Positions 13,321 through 25,659 of a stretch of 64,000 bases of DNA are shown here, in pieces (positions within the stretch are counted from its first letter, which is position 1; the number at the start of each line of letters is the position of its first letter). Source of the stretch: Hormiphora californensis (taxonomy: Eukaryota; Animalia; Ctenophora). The notes beneath the pieces were generated by a model that was given only the letters and a program-made list of their open reading frames with translations, searched no databases and was not told where the DNA came from. The stretch spans positions 7,192,001-7,256,000 of the forward strand of contig CM035359.1 in NCBI GenBank assembly GCA_020137815.1, in the 5' to 3' direction. The translations under genes and the position numbers were made by a program.

Positions 13321-14423
13321 AGAGTCGGGGATTGAAACTAGCCCAAACCGTGCATGTGTGTGTAGGGGCACATACAGCCTTGTTCCAGTTGTTGGAATTA
13401 TTATAGTGGAACAGTTATGAGGCGAATAGAGATGAAGCACTTACTTAGTTTAAATTGAGAATGTACATACTATGCAGGACACGGCTGGGTAGAGTTGAGA
13501 GGAACCACTACTTCCTTTTCCAACTCTACTACTCCAAGCACTAAGCAGGAAACAAAACTAGCTCCCTTCACTCCCAAATAAAACTATTTCAGGACGAAAT
13601 GACGAAATGTGATCACTAAGGAATGAGATCAGACACCGAACTATGTGCGTGTTCAGTCACACTATGTACATATCCAGTGTGAGAATGAGATTAGTTTTTT
13701 TCCCATCCCCTTCAGCGTCATTCCATCACAGTATCTTCTTTTTCACATGGTAGCACCTCACACTCTCGTCTGATTCCTTAGCCAAACTAATATATCAGCA
13801 GAGCTATTGAGAGACACACATCTACACAGAGTGAAACCATAATTTACAGAGCTGGCTCTAAAAATTCAGACCCTTCAACACAAAGTTATATCTCATGGGA
13901 AACTAAACATATTCGGGGGCTAATAAACCCCTGTGTCACCCTGTCCGATAGACATATTATATGGAGTTGGATTCATAGAGAGAACTATCAATACAACTAC
14001 GGTTTTGAGAAACAGGTTCTACATCTAGACGTGTAGGAAAATTAGGGCCGGTCCGAAATAGCACGACTATAACAGGATGTCGGAGGGAAGGAGGAGAGAA
14101 GAGAAAGAGAAAAAGGAGGGAGAGAAAAAGGAGGGAGAGGGGAGGAAGACGTGAAGTTGATAGAATGAGGAAGGACTCAAAAACGAATTGTTCACACTTC
14201 CACTGTATTGCAACAGGTGTGTAGTTCCAGTCTAAATTTCACATGTCTCTGTCACGATAAATTACTGGTAAAAAACTGTCAGTTGCCAAACAAAAGCAAA
14301 CACCAGAGTGGGTCTAACTAGTGATTTATACAAGGGTCTGCACATTAGCAGGATTTTACAGGATGTATTTCACACAGAGGAAGTAAACAAGAATCATCGC
14401 ACTACATTTGGCGTGAGAGAGGG

Positions 14424-14426
<3 letters not shown>

Positions 14427-14514
<88 letters not shown>
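14427..14514. repeat. (GA)n microsatellite
   Basis: Direct; similar tracts at 17546-17636, 23310-23424, 48507-48572, 51456-51543, 61925-61978. Confidence 0.95.
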
Positions 14515-14518
<4 letters not shown>

Positions 14519-15234
14519 AAGAGATGCGTAATGATGTGGGGTAAGATCCCGTCCGCACCATTAACTCATTATGTCACGTGATCTTTTCACACATCTTGCA
14601 ATTAACAAATGTGTGCCCAAACCAAATGCTGCTGGAGAGAGAGGAAAGAGAGAAAGAGAGGGATAGAAAGAAAAGAGAGGGGGAGAAAGAGAGAAGAAAG
14701 AGAGACAGGCAAACCTATAAATCGTTTCTCACCCATCTCTTTAAATCAAAACAATTTCCTCTCACCTCAATCTAGCTCCCCATTTCCTTGACGAGTAACA
14801 CGCGGTCAGATTTATCAAGAATTGATAGTAATTTGGAATGCCCCGAATCAGGCTCAACAGTGATATGAAGTGACATGAAATGAGGGATCAAAATTCAAAA
14901 CTGCACGTGCATGCTGCGTACGCGCAAGGGCTGGATAACGAGATATGAGATGGCGTGGGAAAATCTGAGAGCGTGGGAATAATTGGAGCGAAATGCGAAT
15001 AAAATGATAGTTTTCGGAGACCTGTTATGGGATTCATGAAATATGTTTTAGATTATAAATATAGTTTTAGTTCACACGAGGTTGTCCTACAATCTAACTG
15101 TCTGTTTAGTTCAATCTACTTCTATTGAGTCTTGAGTCAGAATTATTGTCTTTTTCATTCAGGCAATCATTTCTAATGAATCGTCCTGACTATATCCACT
15201 CATAATTAGAGGTGTCCTTTCAACCATGAGTTAG

Positions 15235-17466
15235 TTAGTAATCCGCTCCCTCCGCCATGATATCATGGAGAGCCTCATCCACCACACCACTCAGATCCCC
15301 AGCTCCATCCCAACACCAGTCATCCACTTTACCCACCTCATGCACAGTAGACCCGTGAATACCAGCAATACAATAGGCACACGACTGAGAGGAGGAAGGC
15401 AGAACCATCTTCCCAACCATCTTCCCTCTCTTGAACTCCATACCCCCTGCAAAATCAGCAGTCATATTGCCTCTATCAACCACCATCACTGCACCCCAAA
15501 GATGACTCTTGTAGTCAATAGGTGCCCCATATTTACATGCGTCCCATTCACACTTCACCTTCACGTAGTTATACCCTGCAACACTCTTGCTCCTGGCCCG
15601 GGAACCAAGGAGTTTGAAACTCCAGGGAGATTGGGCACATTGAAGTGCAACCTGTTCCCCATTAGTACAGGGTATACCGTTAGTTCCATACTCCCTCCAG
15701 GTACATTCATCAGATGTATCAGCACCCTCACAGTTGATCTCAGTTGCGCCATAACCCCCCACAGCTGCTAGCTCTTTCTTCTTCCTTACAAAGTTGGAAG
15801 GTGCCACCACCTCACCATATGGAAACCCAAAACTCTCACAAATCAGTTCAGCGGCCCGGGCACCAAAACCATCATCACATACCACACCGGGGATGGAGTA
15901 ACTACCACCCTCCTCCATCTTCATACCCGCCAAGATACCACCTTTACACCCTGGGTCTGATGCAGTGCACCAGCCGGTACCGTTGTAGAACGTGAGGAGG
16001 ACATCAGATATAGGGTGGGTGGAGTTACCACCATCACTCCCCTCTCCGTCACCATTATCACCATCATCACCATCATCACCCTCATCACCATCACCATCAT
16101 CACCATCATCATCATCACTAGTAGGACAAGACTCACCCTCCACAACACAGATGTCGTCAGAGGGGCAGAATGTTCTGCTGATGTCAGTATCCCAACAACT
16201 AACAGGCTTGTTTACATAGTTTGTGTATTGTCCCACATAGTTGCCTGGAGGGGGATAAAGAATTCAATGTCAATCTCAGATTTTGTTAACTGGGTTAGCT
16301 AATTAATTAATTAATTATAGTGAATTAACATATTGATATGTGTTGTTACCTGGGTTTCGGTAATTGCAGCAAGTGAACATCTTGATTCCAGAACTAGACC
16401 CCTGCTGAGCTGTAGAGGCACACCCGATACTTGTGGAGCCAGACCATACCATCTGGCAAGGGATGGTTGTTGGTTAGAGAAATGTGGTATTTTGTTAGCC
16501 CAGGGGGACCTCACAGAGCTACTGCAATATTGGTATTACAAGACCTATCATGGTAATTGGTACCCGTGTGTGATTGGTATGAATTCAGGGGTTACAAGTA
16601 CGGTACCTGTGTGAAGTGACCGATAGTATTTCCATCAGGTGAATCTCCAGTATCAAAATCATAGTCAGCCATTTCATTATACCAGCCGAACACGCCCTGC
16701 AGTAATCATATAGGTATCGTTATGGAGTGAAAGTAAATAGAAATTAGTTTTCCCACTGTACTCGTCAGAGTGCCAGGGTTTTGATAGGGTCAATCTAAAA
16801 CAATCTCATGGTGTCATTTTACTGGTTCGTACCGTCTGGAAAGCAGCTTGAAGAGAGCTCTGAACGGAGGATGCATCTACATCGGCACTGCTCCAAGACA
16901 TTGCTAAATTCTCACCAATCCTGGGACGTGGTGATAGATCATTGATAGATAGATAGATCATAGTGATAGTAATTGGAGCAATCCTTGCTCCCCTGATCAC
17001 TCACAACTACTCCCCTAACTCACATGAGATCTCCTCTAAGGGGTATATCCCCAACCTGCTCCCCACTCCATGGTGAATGCTCCCAAGCATCATTTTCTGC
17101 GAGATAATCACACCACCTCTGTGCAAAACTGGCAATATCAGCATCCCATGTCAGGTTGCCAGCGTTGTGGGCTGCACGTGCCGCGTTGTGATAGGATACT
17201 GCCAGATATTCCGCTGACGTAGCTGAAGGGGAGCGGGAGATATGTGTGTGATGAAATAGAGATGTGTGATGAAATAGAGAGATGTGGATTAATGGGATTC
17301 TGATCTCAAAGAACCAAACATAGTGCTGTGCAATCTCACATATCAACATTCTTTTTTAATTCCATATCCAGTACCTACCATCTAGCTGGGTTATAGTGTA
17401 GCTACTGTCAGCCTGGCCTGGTTGGACTAGACCCAGCAGCAGAAATACTGCCATTGAAGCAAACAT
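15235..17466 (-). CDS. Secreted CAP (SCP/PR-1) + acidic linker + SRCR domain protein, 6 exons
   Basis: Signal MFASMAVFLLLGLVQPGQA; CAP motifs HNAARAAH, LTWD, GENLA, WYNE, GHFTQMVW, CCNYRNPGNY; D/G-rich linker; SRCR GVVCDDGFG...AELICESFGF...INCEG. Confidence 0.9.
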
Positions 17467-17561
17467 GGTCTGAGAGGTACAAATGTGTGTCAAGCAACTC
17501 AGAACTGGATCATAGACTCTGCAGTGCGGCTTTTGTCACTGAGATTCTCTCTCTCTCTCTC

Positions 17562-17639
<78 letters not shown>

Positions 17640-18511
17640 CCTCTAATTTCTCAGGGACACAAGTACAATTGTCGCGTTCACGTGAAGAGTTTTACCAACG
17701 TGCACAGACCTATTACATGTCCGGTCTGATATCAAGCAATATAAGGGACCGCCACCGCAGTGCTACTTTGTAATATTATAATGGTAAAGGAATCCGTGTA
17801 GTGATTCCATGGCAGAATGATCCATTAGGCAATATTGTGCTTGTAATCCACTAAAAGGGTACGATTCATACTACGAAAAGGGATCACACTAGCAGATGGG
17901 TACTGCAGCAGGTATAACTTCAACTTCCGTGGGTTGTTCGGAATAGTACAATTGCCTTATGTAAACACGACTTTCAGTCTTCTACTGATATCATTGGCCT
18001 CAATACCGTGGGGTTCAGAAAGCAGACTCTTTGTCAGTGATTGATGTTATCAAGACGATTCTTCTTCCGACATGACGTACGGCACCTTGCAGTAAAATCC
18101 AGATTACCTACCCACACAAATAAACTTCATGTTTCATCAGTCCAAAATTATACTTATTTCACTATTAACAAGATACATGTATCACAACTCACACATGGGG
18201 AGTGAAAGAAGTGATTAAACAAGTGTGTAAAAAAGGTGATCACAATTGTAATAAGTTGATAAACAGAAAGAAATTGCACGGTATAGTTTCGTCGATTATC
18301 GACATTATCATGAATCGGCAAAGTTGCAAGCATATCTGATGAGAGGATTGTAGACACAGATATTATCGTAAAATGTCAGAAGAAACCCAGACCAGCAGCA
18401 TCTCCATGCAAAGAGTCATTGTCCTGAAGGTGTATCACACATGTGGGGATGGAAATAAGTAGGGAAGCCCCCTCCCCTGCGTTGTTCTATCGTTCCCAAA
18501 GAGTCATTGTT

Positions 18512-20674
18512 CTATTTCTGGCATGTCACGTACTCATCCTCAATATCACAATACCTGGGCAGGCACCATCTCCACCTGCAGGAGAGATATTAAATATCAA
18601 TTGTAGACGAGGCCAAGAAAAGAGTTTGTAAAAAGTTATGCAGCAAATCCTTGTCAGATTACGCGACCCGGCCGGCTCGCGGAGCCGCACCGGGCCTCCG
18701 CCCTCCGGCCCGGTGCGAAGCGAGGGTTACGAAAGTAACAAGCAAATCCTGGGAGACGTGATGGCATTGTCAGAGCATTGGCCTGGCCTTATTCCCATTT
18801 CTCTCAGTGCGAGAAATGTAGTCAGAGCATTGGCCTGACAATGATGGTAAACTTTGAAAAACTGGAAGTTCAGTTATAGTGGAGGCAGTATGGTGTCACT
18901 GTCTGACGTCACATACCTTAGTTTTTTACCGTCAGCAGCACATTCACCAGGATAGTCCCAGGTAGTACACTCACAAGGTACAGGGGCCTGTCCGCTCTCC
19001 TCAGGGACTACTATTGGCTCCTCATCAGCTGTACTCTGCACCCTGCCTCCAGTTGTTGAATTACTCAACCAGTCTCCAGGTTCCAGTACCCCAGGACTGA
19101 AATCCAGCTGACAAAACTGCAAGGATCTGGAGGGAGGGATTGGAAAATACTCATGGGACACATGTACCAACTTATAGGTCTAGCTGTACCAACTATTATG
19201 GGTCTAGCAATACTGCAGATCTCCTATTACAGTCGGACCCCGATTTAGGGACACCCTCGGGGGAAAGGCTCTTGTCCACTAAATCGGGGTGTCCACTAAA
19301 TCGGGGTCAAATAATGTTACTTTCCTATATCGGGGGAAAAATCCTGTCCCTAAATCGGGGTGCCACTAAATCGGGGGCCCCTAAATCGGGGTCCGACTGT
19401 ACTATATAAACACATCACGCGACCTACACATGGGGGATGAGATCAGGTCTGACAGTCCAGTGAAGCAACTTGGGGGTGGTGTCCAGACAAATGAAACCAC
19501 CACATCGCTCTGGAGAGAGAGGGGAGTTCAGTGTTAGTGGTGGGGGTGGTGTCCAGACATATGAAACCACCACATCGCTCTGGAGAGAGAGGGGAGTTAG
19601 TGGTGGGAGTGGTATCCAGACATATGAAACCACCGCATCGCTCTAGAGAGAGGGGGGAGTTCAGTGTTAGTGGTGGGGGTGGTGTCCAGACATATGAAAC
19701 CACCACATCGCTCTGGAGAGAGAGGAGAGTTCAGTGTTAGTGGTGGGGGTGGTGTCCAGACATATGAAACCACCACATCGCTCTGGAGAGAGAGGGGAGT
19801 TCAGAGTTAATGGTGGGGTGGTGTCCAGACATATGAAACCACCACATCGCTCTGGAGAGAGAGGGGAGTTCAAAGTTAGAGGGACCCGACATATCGAACA
19901 AATGAATTTGCAGGATGTACCATGCAACATGTATTGTGTTAGGACACCGAGATTGGAACACAACGCAGCTTTACCACTCCTGATAAGCTGATTTGACTCA
20001 TGTGGGACTCATTACTCACGAATAACTTTGAGGGGGTTCCACACCCACCACATTACTCACGAATAACTTTGAGGGGGTTCCACACCCACCGTCCAGAGTT
20101 AAACTGAAAGAAGCACCCCTCAACACCCTCCTCTCCGCCATATTTAGGAATATCTTGCAGAACCTCGAGATGCCCACGAAGACCATACTGTGGAGGGGGT
20201 AGTTTTAAAAAACAAAATCGCTTGTATCGATGTATGAGGCCTGCTTTGTTTGATACTACCTTGGGGCCTGAGTCCGTCTTGGGTCGCTCATACACTGCCA
20301 TCCCAGTTTTCAGCATCCTTTCTTTGTCTGTGTTGGCAGTTTTCACAGCAGTTGAGGAGCCTTTCTTTGTCTGGGGGTTCCTATAGTGTTGGTTAGATTT
20401 GATAAGAGCGGTTGCCATGGACACGAACCACTTTACAAGATTACCTGTTGCTAGGTTTTACCGTCTCACTGGCTGTTGTGACTGAAGATGTGATACTATA
20501 ACTAGTAGTACTACCAGCTATATCTGTACCAGTTATATCTGTACCAGTTACTGTTTCTGTTACTGTTTCTGCAGTAGTAGCAAGGGAGTCGGTGTTGGTG
20601 GTTGCAAGTACTAAACATGGTACAAAGACCACAGTCAACAAATCTAGCAATCTCATAATGTGACAACGCGGCAT
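18512..20674 (-). CDS. Secreted Thr/Ser-rich protein with Cys-containing middle and TSP1-like C-terminus, ~7 exons
   Basis: Signal MRLLDLLTVVFVPCLVLA, T/S-rich stalk, phase-compatible exons ending CECTTWDYPGECAADGKKLRWRWCLPRYCDIEDEYVTCQK*. Confidence 0.65.
18651..18741. mobile_element. Tiny GC-rich insert with 8-bp TSD
   Basis: TTGTCAG...GTAACAA flanked by GCAAATCC on both sides; internal hairpin GCACCGGGCC...GGCCCGGTGC. Confidence 0.6.
19230..19399. mobile_element. Tc1/mariner-pogo-type MITE
   Basis: TIR CAGTCGGACCCCGATTTAGGG, TA TSD; same-family single ends at ~26954 and ~41723. Confidence 0.88.
19470..19873 (-). repeat. 63-70 bp x6 tandem repeat spanning a splice acceptor
   Basis: CTCTCTCYAG|AGCGATG acceptors at ~19510, 19580, 19643, 19713, 19783, 19852. 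Confidence 0.9.
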
Positions 20675-21017
20675 GTAGATTTTCAGTGACAGCTCTTGTT
20701 TTGTCTGGACCCTCCTCCGAGTAAAACACATTGTTTTAAACTTGACATGTCTTTTGCAGTGGGTATAGATTTGCAATTTAAAATAATAAATTAAGCTCAT
20801 TAACAAAATCACTACAATCACAATCATTGATTAATCAGAGTCTATTATAGAGTCTTCTGCAGTGTTTGTTTTCTCGCTCTTCTTGCGACGTGATCTTCAC
20901 AAAACTTCACAAATCTAAAAAGTCACTAAAGTGGTCCTTATTTGTACTTGTAGACTTTCTCCCTTGGACAGATCAATTCTAGGACCCTCTGGTTGGTACT
21001 TGGTCGTATTGCCTTCA

Positions 21018-22656
21018 TCAGTTTCCTGTTTTCTTGCACTTTGCCCTCCGGTTTTGGAACCAAACCTAACAAAGTCAGTGGCTTAATAAACAAAGACGGT
21101 GGTTTAAAGACAATACCATGATGGCAATTAGAACGAGGTTGATGATGATAGAAATTAAGGTAGTGTATAGATTCTATTATACCTGGACTTGTATCTGGGC
21201 TAAGTTGAGTTCCTTAGCTAAGTTACATCGCTGGTTCGGGGTCAGGTAGGGATGTTTCTGAAATGTCTTCTCCATATTCAACAACTGTTCCCGGGAGAAT
21301 GTTGTCCGGCGTTTCCTAGACTTCATAAACCCTGCAATTAGTTTGATTATTTAGTGAACGACAGTCTATGAACGTTCATACTTAGTTCTTGAACTCAATG
21401 TATAAATTTAAAATCCATCTTAAAATATAATAATCACGTACCGTGCTTCCCCAATCCAGATGCCACAAAAGTCGTCCAGTTGAGAGCTTGCGGACCAGTC
21501 ACAAAATTAGGTCCAAAGTTATTAACCAACTGCTGTTAAAACAGTGATCGTTAAATAAGAAAAACTATAGGACGCTGGCTAGTTAGGCCGGGGGCTAATC
21601 TAAGTACCCTTTCCCCGATGAACCCCCGTCCTAGCCCGGGCAAAACAACCCTCTCTCCCTCTCTTTTTATCAGTTCATCTCTCTTTTTCTTTTCTAACCT
21701 CTGCTAGATTCCTGATGAATGACATCTGTTCAAGAGAGGGATGTCCCATAACAGTGGGCTGCTCTGATGGATCAGAAAGGATGGACTGTTGAGGGCCCAT
21801 GGTAGAAAGTGACGTCTTCCCAAGAGATTCAATATTTTCTGGGTCTGCTAAAAAGAATAAAAAACAGTTTAACTCTCAAGTACAAAACTAAACTTAGTAA
21901 GTTGTTCCTTAGAATTAACTATTTTTTCCCTGCCCGGGTGAATGCCGAAGGCATTCACCCGGATGATCTTTTTAGCACGCACGTGCTAAAAAGATCATTC
22001 AGGGTTTAGAAATCAGCAGATCGTGGAGTTAACTAAAAGTGTCCGTCCGTCCGTCCACCGTTACACATAGTAACAAAGCCTGCTCCTTCATAAAACTTTC
22101 AGCTCACACTTTGTTGATGCAACAAAGGAAATGATTAAAACACACTGTGGCGCGCAATTACTCACTCGTAACACTTCCTACTTTCACCTGAAATCACTTT
22201 GGGTACCCTACAGCCGTACCATGACGTGGTAGCAAGTCTTCTAAGCATGAAACTACTATCACACAATAGTGTGACTGGAGTTAAGATCAGGGTATAGGTA
22301 TTGGTAAAGTTGAAGCACTTGGTAACCAACTAGGGTCTCCTAAGCAACTGTCTTGGTTATCATAGCAACTGCCTTGGTTACCATAGCAATTGCTTTGATT
22401 ACCATAGCAACCACCCTGGATACCATAGCAACTAACATCGTATCAGCCAAAAATTGCTCTTTGAGTGCAAAATTCATCCGGAAATCCAGTTTTAAAGCTT
22501 AGTCATCAATTTTACACCCATCTGGGGCAGGGAAACACCGCATTATGAATACATAATGCAATAATTCTTGTTAAACAACTTACATTTTGTATCTCTCGTT
22601 GCTGCGTCAAGAATTCTGGTGATGGAAAAGGGGTGAACAGTCATGGCTCCTTGCAT
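21018..22656 (-). CDS. Homeobox transcription factor with N-terminal eh1 motif, 5 exons (~170 aa)
   Basis: Exons 21183-21331 and 21018-21065 give SRKRRTTFSREQLLNMEKTFQKHPYLTPNQRCNLAKELNLAQIQVQ|VWFQNRRAKCKKTG; exon 22584-22656 gives HPFSITRIL; phases compatible. Confidence 0.93.
21922..22096. mobile_element. DINE/HINE-like (Helentron-associated) short element
   Basis: Hairpin CCGGGTGAATGCC-GAA-GGCATTCACCCGG, (GTCC)n microsatellite, TGCTCCTTCATAAAAC motif also seen inverted at ~7347 and ~10074. Confidence 0.5.
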
Positions 22657-23304
22657 TTTGTACTATAGAAGAAAGGGAATCAAATATAAATTATCGTCAA
22701 ACCTCAAAATGAGAGGTGAGAGAAGGAAACGGGAGATAAGTATTATTGCAAAAGAGAGTTGAGGGAAGGGAAGATAATTTATGTTATGATTTATACCAGT
22801 GCGCGACATAGAACACCATTTCGGGTAGTGCACCACTATACGTGCAGCAGGTTTTGTTAACACAAAATGAATTACTAAATTCTGCAGAATTGTGAGCTTA
22901 TTGTTCATATCGTGATAAAAAACAGATTACTAAAATTCTAGATTAATACTAGATTAGAGGCCTGGGTAAAGAGGTTACTGATTCTGGGCCTTTTTTCGTA
23001 GAAATAAGGCCACTGCTAGGCCGAGTGTTAAAAACGATTTTCAAAGTATTACGTTCTAAGTAGATTTATAATCTGAGGTTTTTTTAATGAGGTCTGGGCT
23101 GGAGGTTGCTCAAAACAGATGATTAGTATGACACCAATGATAAAAAACGATTTAAGGGCAAAGTAATAAAATCTATCTCTCTCCATTTCTCACAGAGATG
23201 ATAATCGAGAGAGAGCCGCCATTTTCACCAGATGGTGGGTGAGCCCAAAGATCAAAACTAAATGAGCGAACTAGTCGGTTACTACTCAGGGGTGCTCCTG
23301 GGAA

Positions 23305-23427
<123 letters not shown>

Positions 23428-23963
23428 AACTTGTGTCTTTCAATCATCTCCTCTCTATCTCTGCTGGTGCAAGGTGAAATGAGAGGCCACGTGCAGTCAA
23501 TGTTTTTGATGCTCAACTCACGTGGTTTATTTTCAATCCAAACACAGCCCCCTCACCCTCTCTCTCTCACACACTCTCCTGCTCCCTCTCACACTCTCCC
23601 TCTCCCTCCCTCGATGCTGCACGCGGGGTTAAGTAATGGGTGCTCGTTTAATGGCTACTCATCCCTGAGCTACAGAAGTATCACGTGATCTCATCACGTG
23701 ATCAATTTTTGGTCCCCAATCAAAAAGAGTGGTATGGCTAATTCATTACAGCTCCCTCCAGAGAAGGAGAGAGAGAAAGATAGAGTAGTGAGAAAGAGAG
23801 AGAGAAGAAACTCTCTCTATCAATCTTCTCAACACATGTGCACTTGAGGTCGCTGATTGCTCAATTTAAAATCAGATTGAACACATGCGAGAACACACAT
23901 TTCATTTTCTGGTAAGGAGTTTTATTTTACAAATACAATCTCGAAAGAATCGTCTCATCACAA

Positions 23964-25318
23964 CTACAAGCCGAGTTCTAATCTTCGCTCTAGCTCTTGG
24001 ATTTCATCCTGGTAATTTATTATTTCGAGCTGAAGATAGTTCTCTAACATCTTCTCATCTTCAGTCTTGTCATCCTCTTTGTCATCCTCTTTCTCATCCT
24101 CTTTCTCATCTTCTTTCTCATCCTCTTTCTCATCCTCTTTCTCATCCTCTTTGTCATCCTCTTTCTCATCCTCTTTCTCATCCTCTTTCTCATCTTCTTT
24201 CTCATCCTCTTTGTCATCCTCTTTCTCATCCTCTTTCTCATCCTCTTTCTCATCCTCTTTCTCATCCTCTTTCTCATAATTATCATCTTTTCCATCATCA
24301 TTCTCATCAATACAATATCCGCATGTTTTGGCACATAAAGCAGCATTCTTTTTATTCCGTGGATGTGTGACTATTTTACTACGACACCAACCATGTTTCA
24401 ACTGCACATTACAGTAGGAAGAATGACCCTCCTGATCGTGGCAGAGTCCAGCCGGGGGTGGAGTGGGCGGTGCAGTTGTTGGTTTGGGTGTTGGCTTAGG
24501 TGTTGGCTTTGGTTTGGGTGTCGGCTTGTACCTCAACTCTGAAAAGAGTGGAGTTGGGTCAAATTGTTTAGTCATGTAACCTTTCGGCCACTCCAAACTC
24601 TCAAGTAAAACCAGGAATTATAAATACAACGAAGCTTACCATCATCAAACTCCATGTCCTTGGCACAGCTAATCAAAGCAGACACGACATTGTCGTTATT
24701 TGGCTTGTCAAATAGAAAATGTTTGGATTCCGGTCCGGCAAATGCGTGGCTGGAGGAGTACAAACTGCACAACATCCTGTGGCCCCCGTAAGCAGAGAAA
24801 GCGACACACCCATACATATCCCTGCACTTGTCTCGGCACTCCTTTAAACCATTCTCAAAGCCCATCCGAGGTACTCCCCGCATATAAGTACCATAGTTGA
24901 TTTTGTTTCTAAAGTAACAGCTTTCTTCACCTGCAAAAGTTCAAAGTTTTCAATATCCAATGTTATAACTATTGAATATTATTTTGACATTTGAAAGTAA
25001 AGTGATTAAACGTTAACGTTTGCAAATATCGGCAAACGGCAGATAGTCGGCAGTCGTGCAAAATGTTTTACCAGTTTTTGGAATGGGGTCTTCTGTGTTA
25101 CATGTTCCACAGGTTTGCTTGCATCTGGATTCCTTCACGCTCCACATCTTGCACCTCCAATCTGTACTTTCTATATCTGCACACCATTCTTTATCTCTGT
25201 CCTCGCATCCAATTCTAGATTCATCTTCAGGCGGCTCAGTAGGGGGAAATGGAGTCTCATCCTCTGCAATAACATTCACAGTACCGAGAATCAGCAGAAG
25301 CAGTAAAACGCGAACCAT
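23964..25318 (-). CDS. Secreted ShK - PAN/apple - Pro-rich - ShK - (EKED)n protein, 3 exons
   Basis: Signal MVRVLLLLLILGTVNVIA; CED...CKQTCGTC; ECRDKC...CVAFS...CSLY; PTPKP repeats; CHD...CAKTCGYC; 12-bp coding repeat ~24065-24276. Confidence 0.88.
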
Positions 25319-25659
25319 GATAGCGTCACTCACCCACAGAACGTAACTCCAAAAGACTAAAGTGCTACTGCTCCGATTGATCCAGGAACCAAATACCCCC
25401 CTTTGCCATGGCAACGCCTCCGCAACCGGTCAAGCATGGGTTTTTGAAAGAGCGCGCGCGATTAAAATTCAAATAACAACTGTGCACTTTTATAGTAAGA
25501 AGTGCTGCGCGCGTCCCACTGAAAAGCTTATTGGAGGAATTGCCACTGAGACACAGATTTTAAACGACAAATTTGTTTATTATTTGGTAAAAATTGTAAA
25601 TTGAAAAAAGTGAATTCGTTAAACATTGCTTGAAACACGATGAAACAGACAGGTTCTCT

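Noticed and set aside
14308-14791. ER-rich and SL-rich ORFs here and at other (GA)n tracts
   Set aside because: Translations of microsatellites
19470-19873. Possible CRISPR-like arrays here and at 38030 and 57598
   Set aside because: Units are wholly repeated with no unique spacers; eukaryotic context, no cas genes
20010-20090. 42-bp duplication containing GTGAGT as another donor array
   Set aside because: Frame analysis favours the donor at ~20089, leaving the duplicated GTGAGT intronic; not counted
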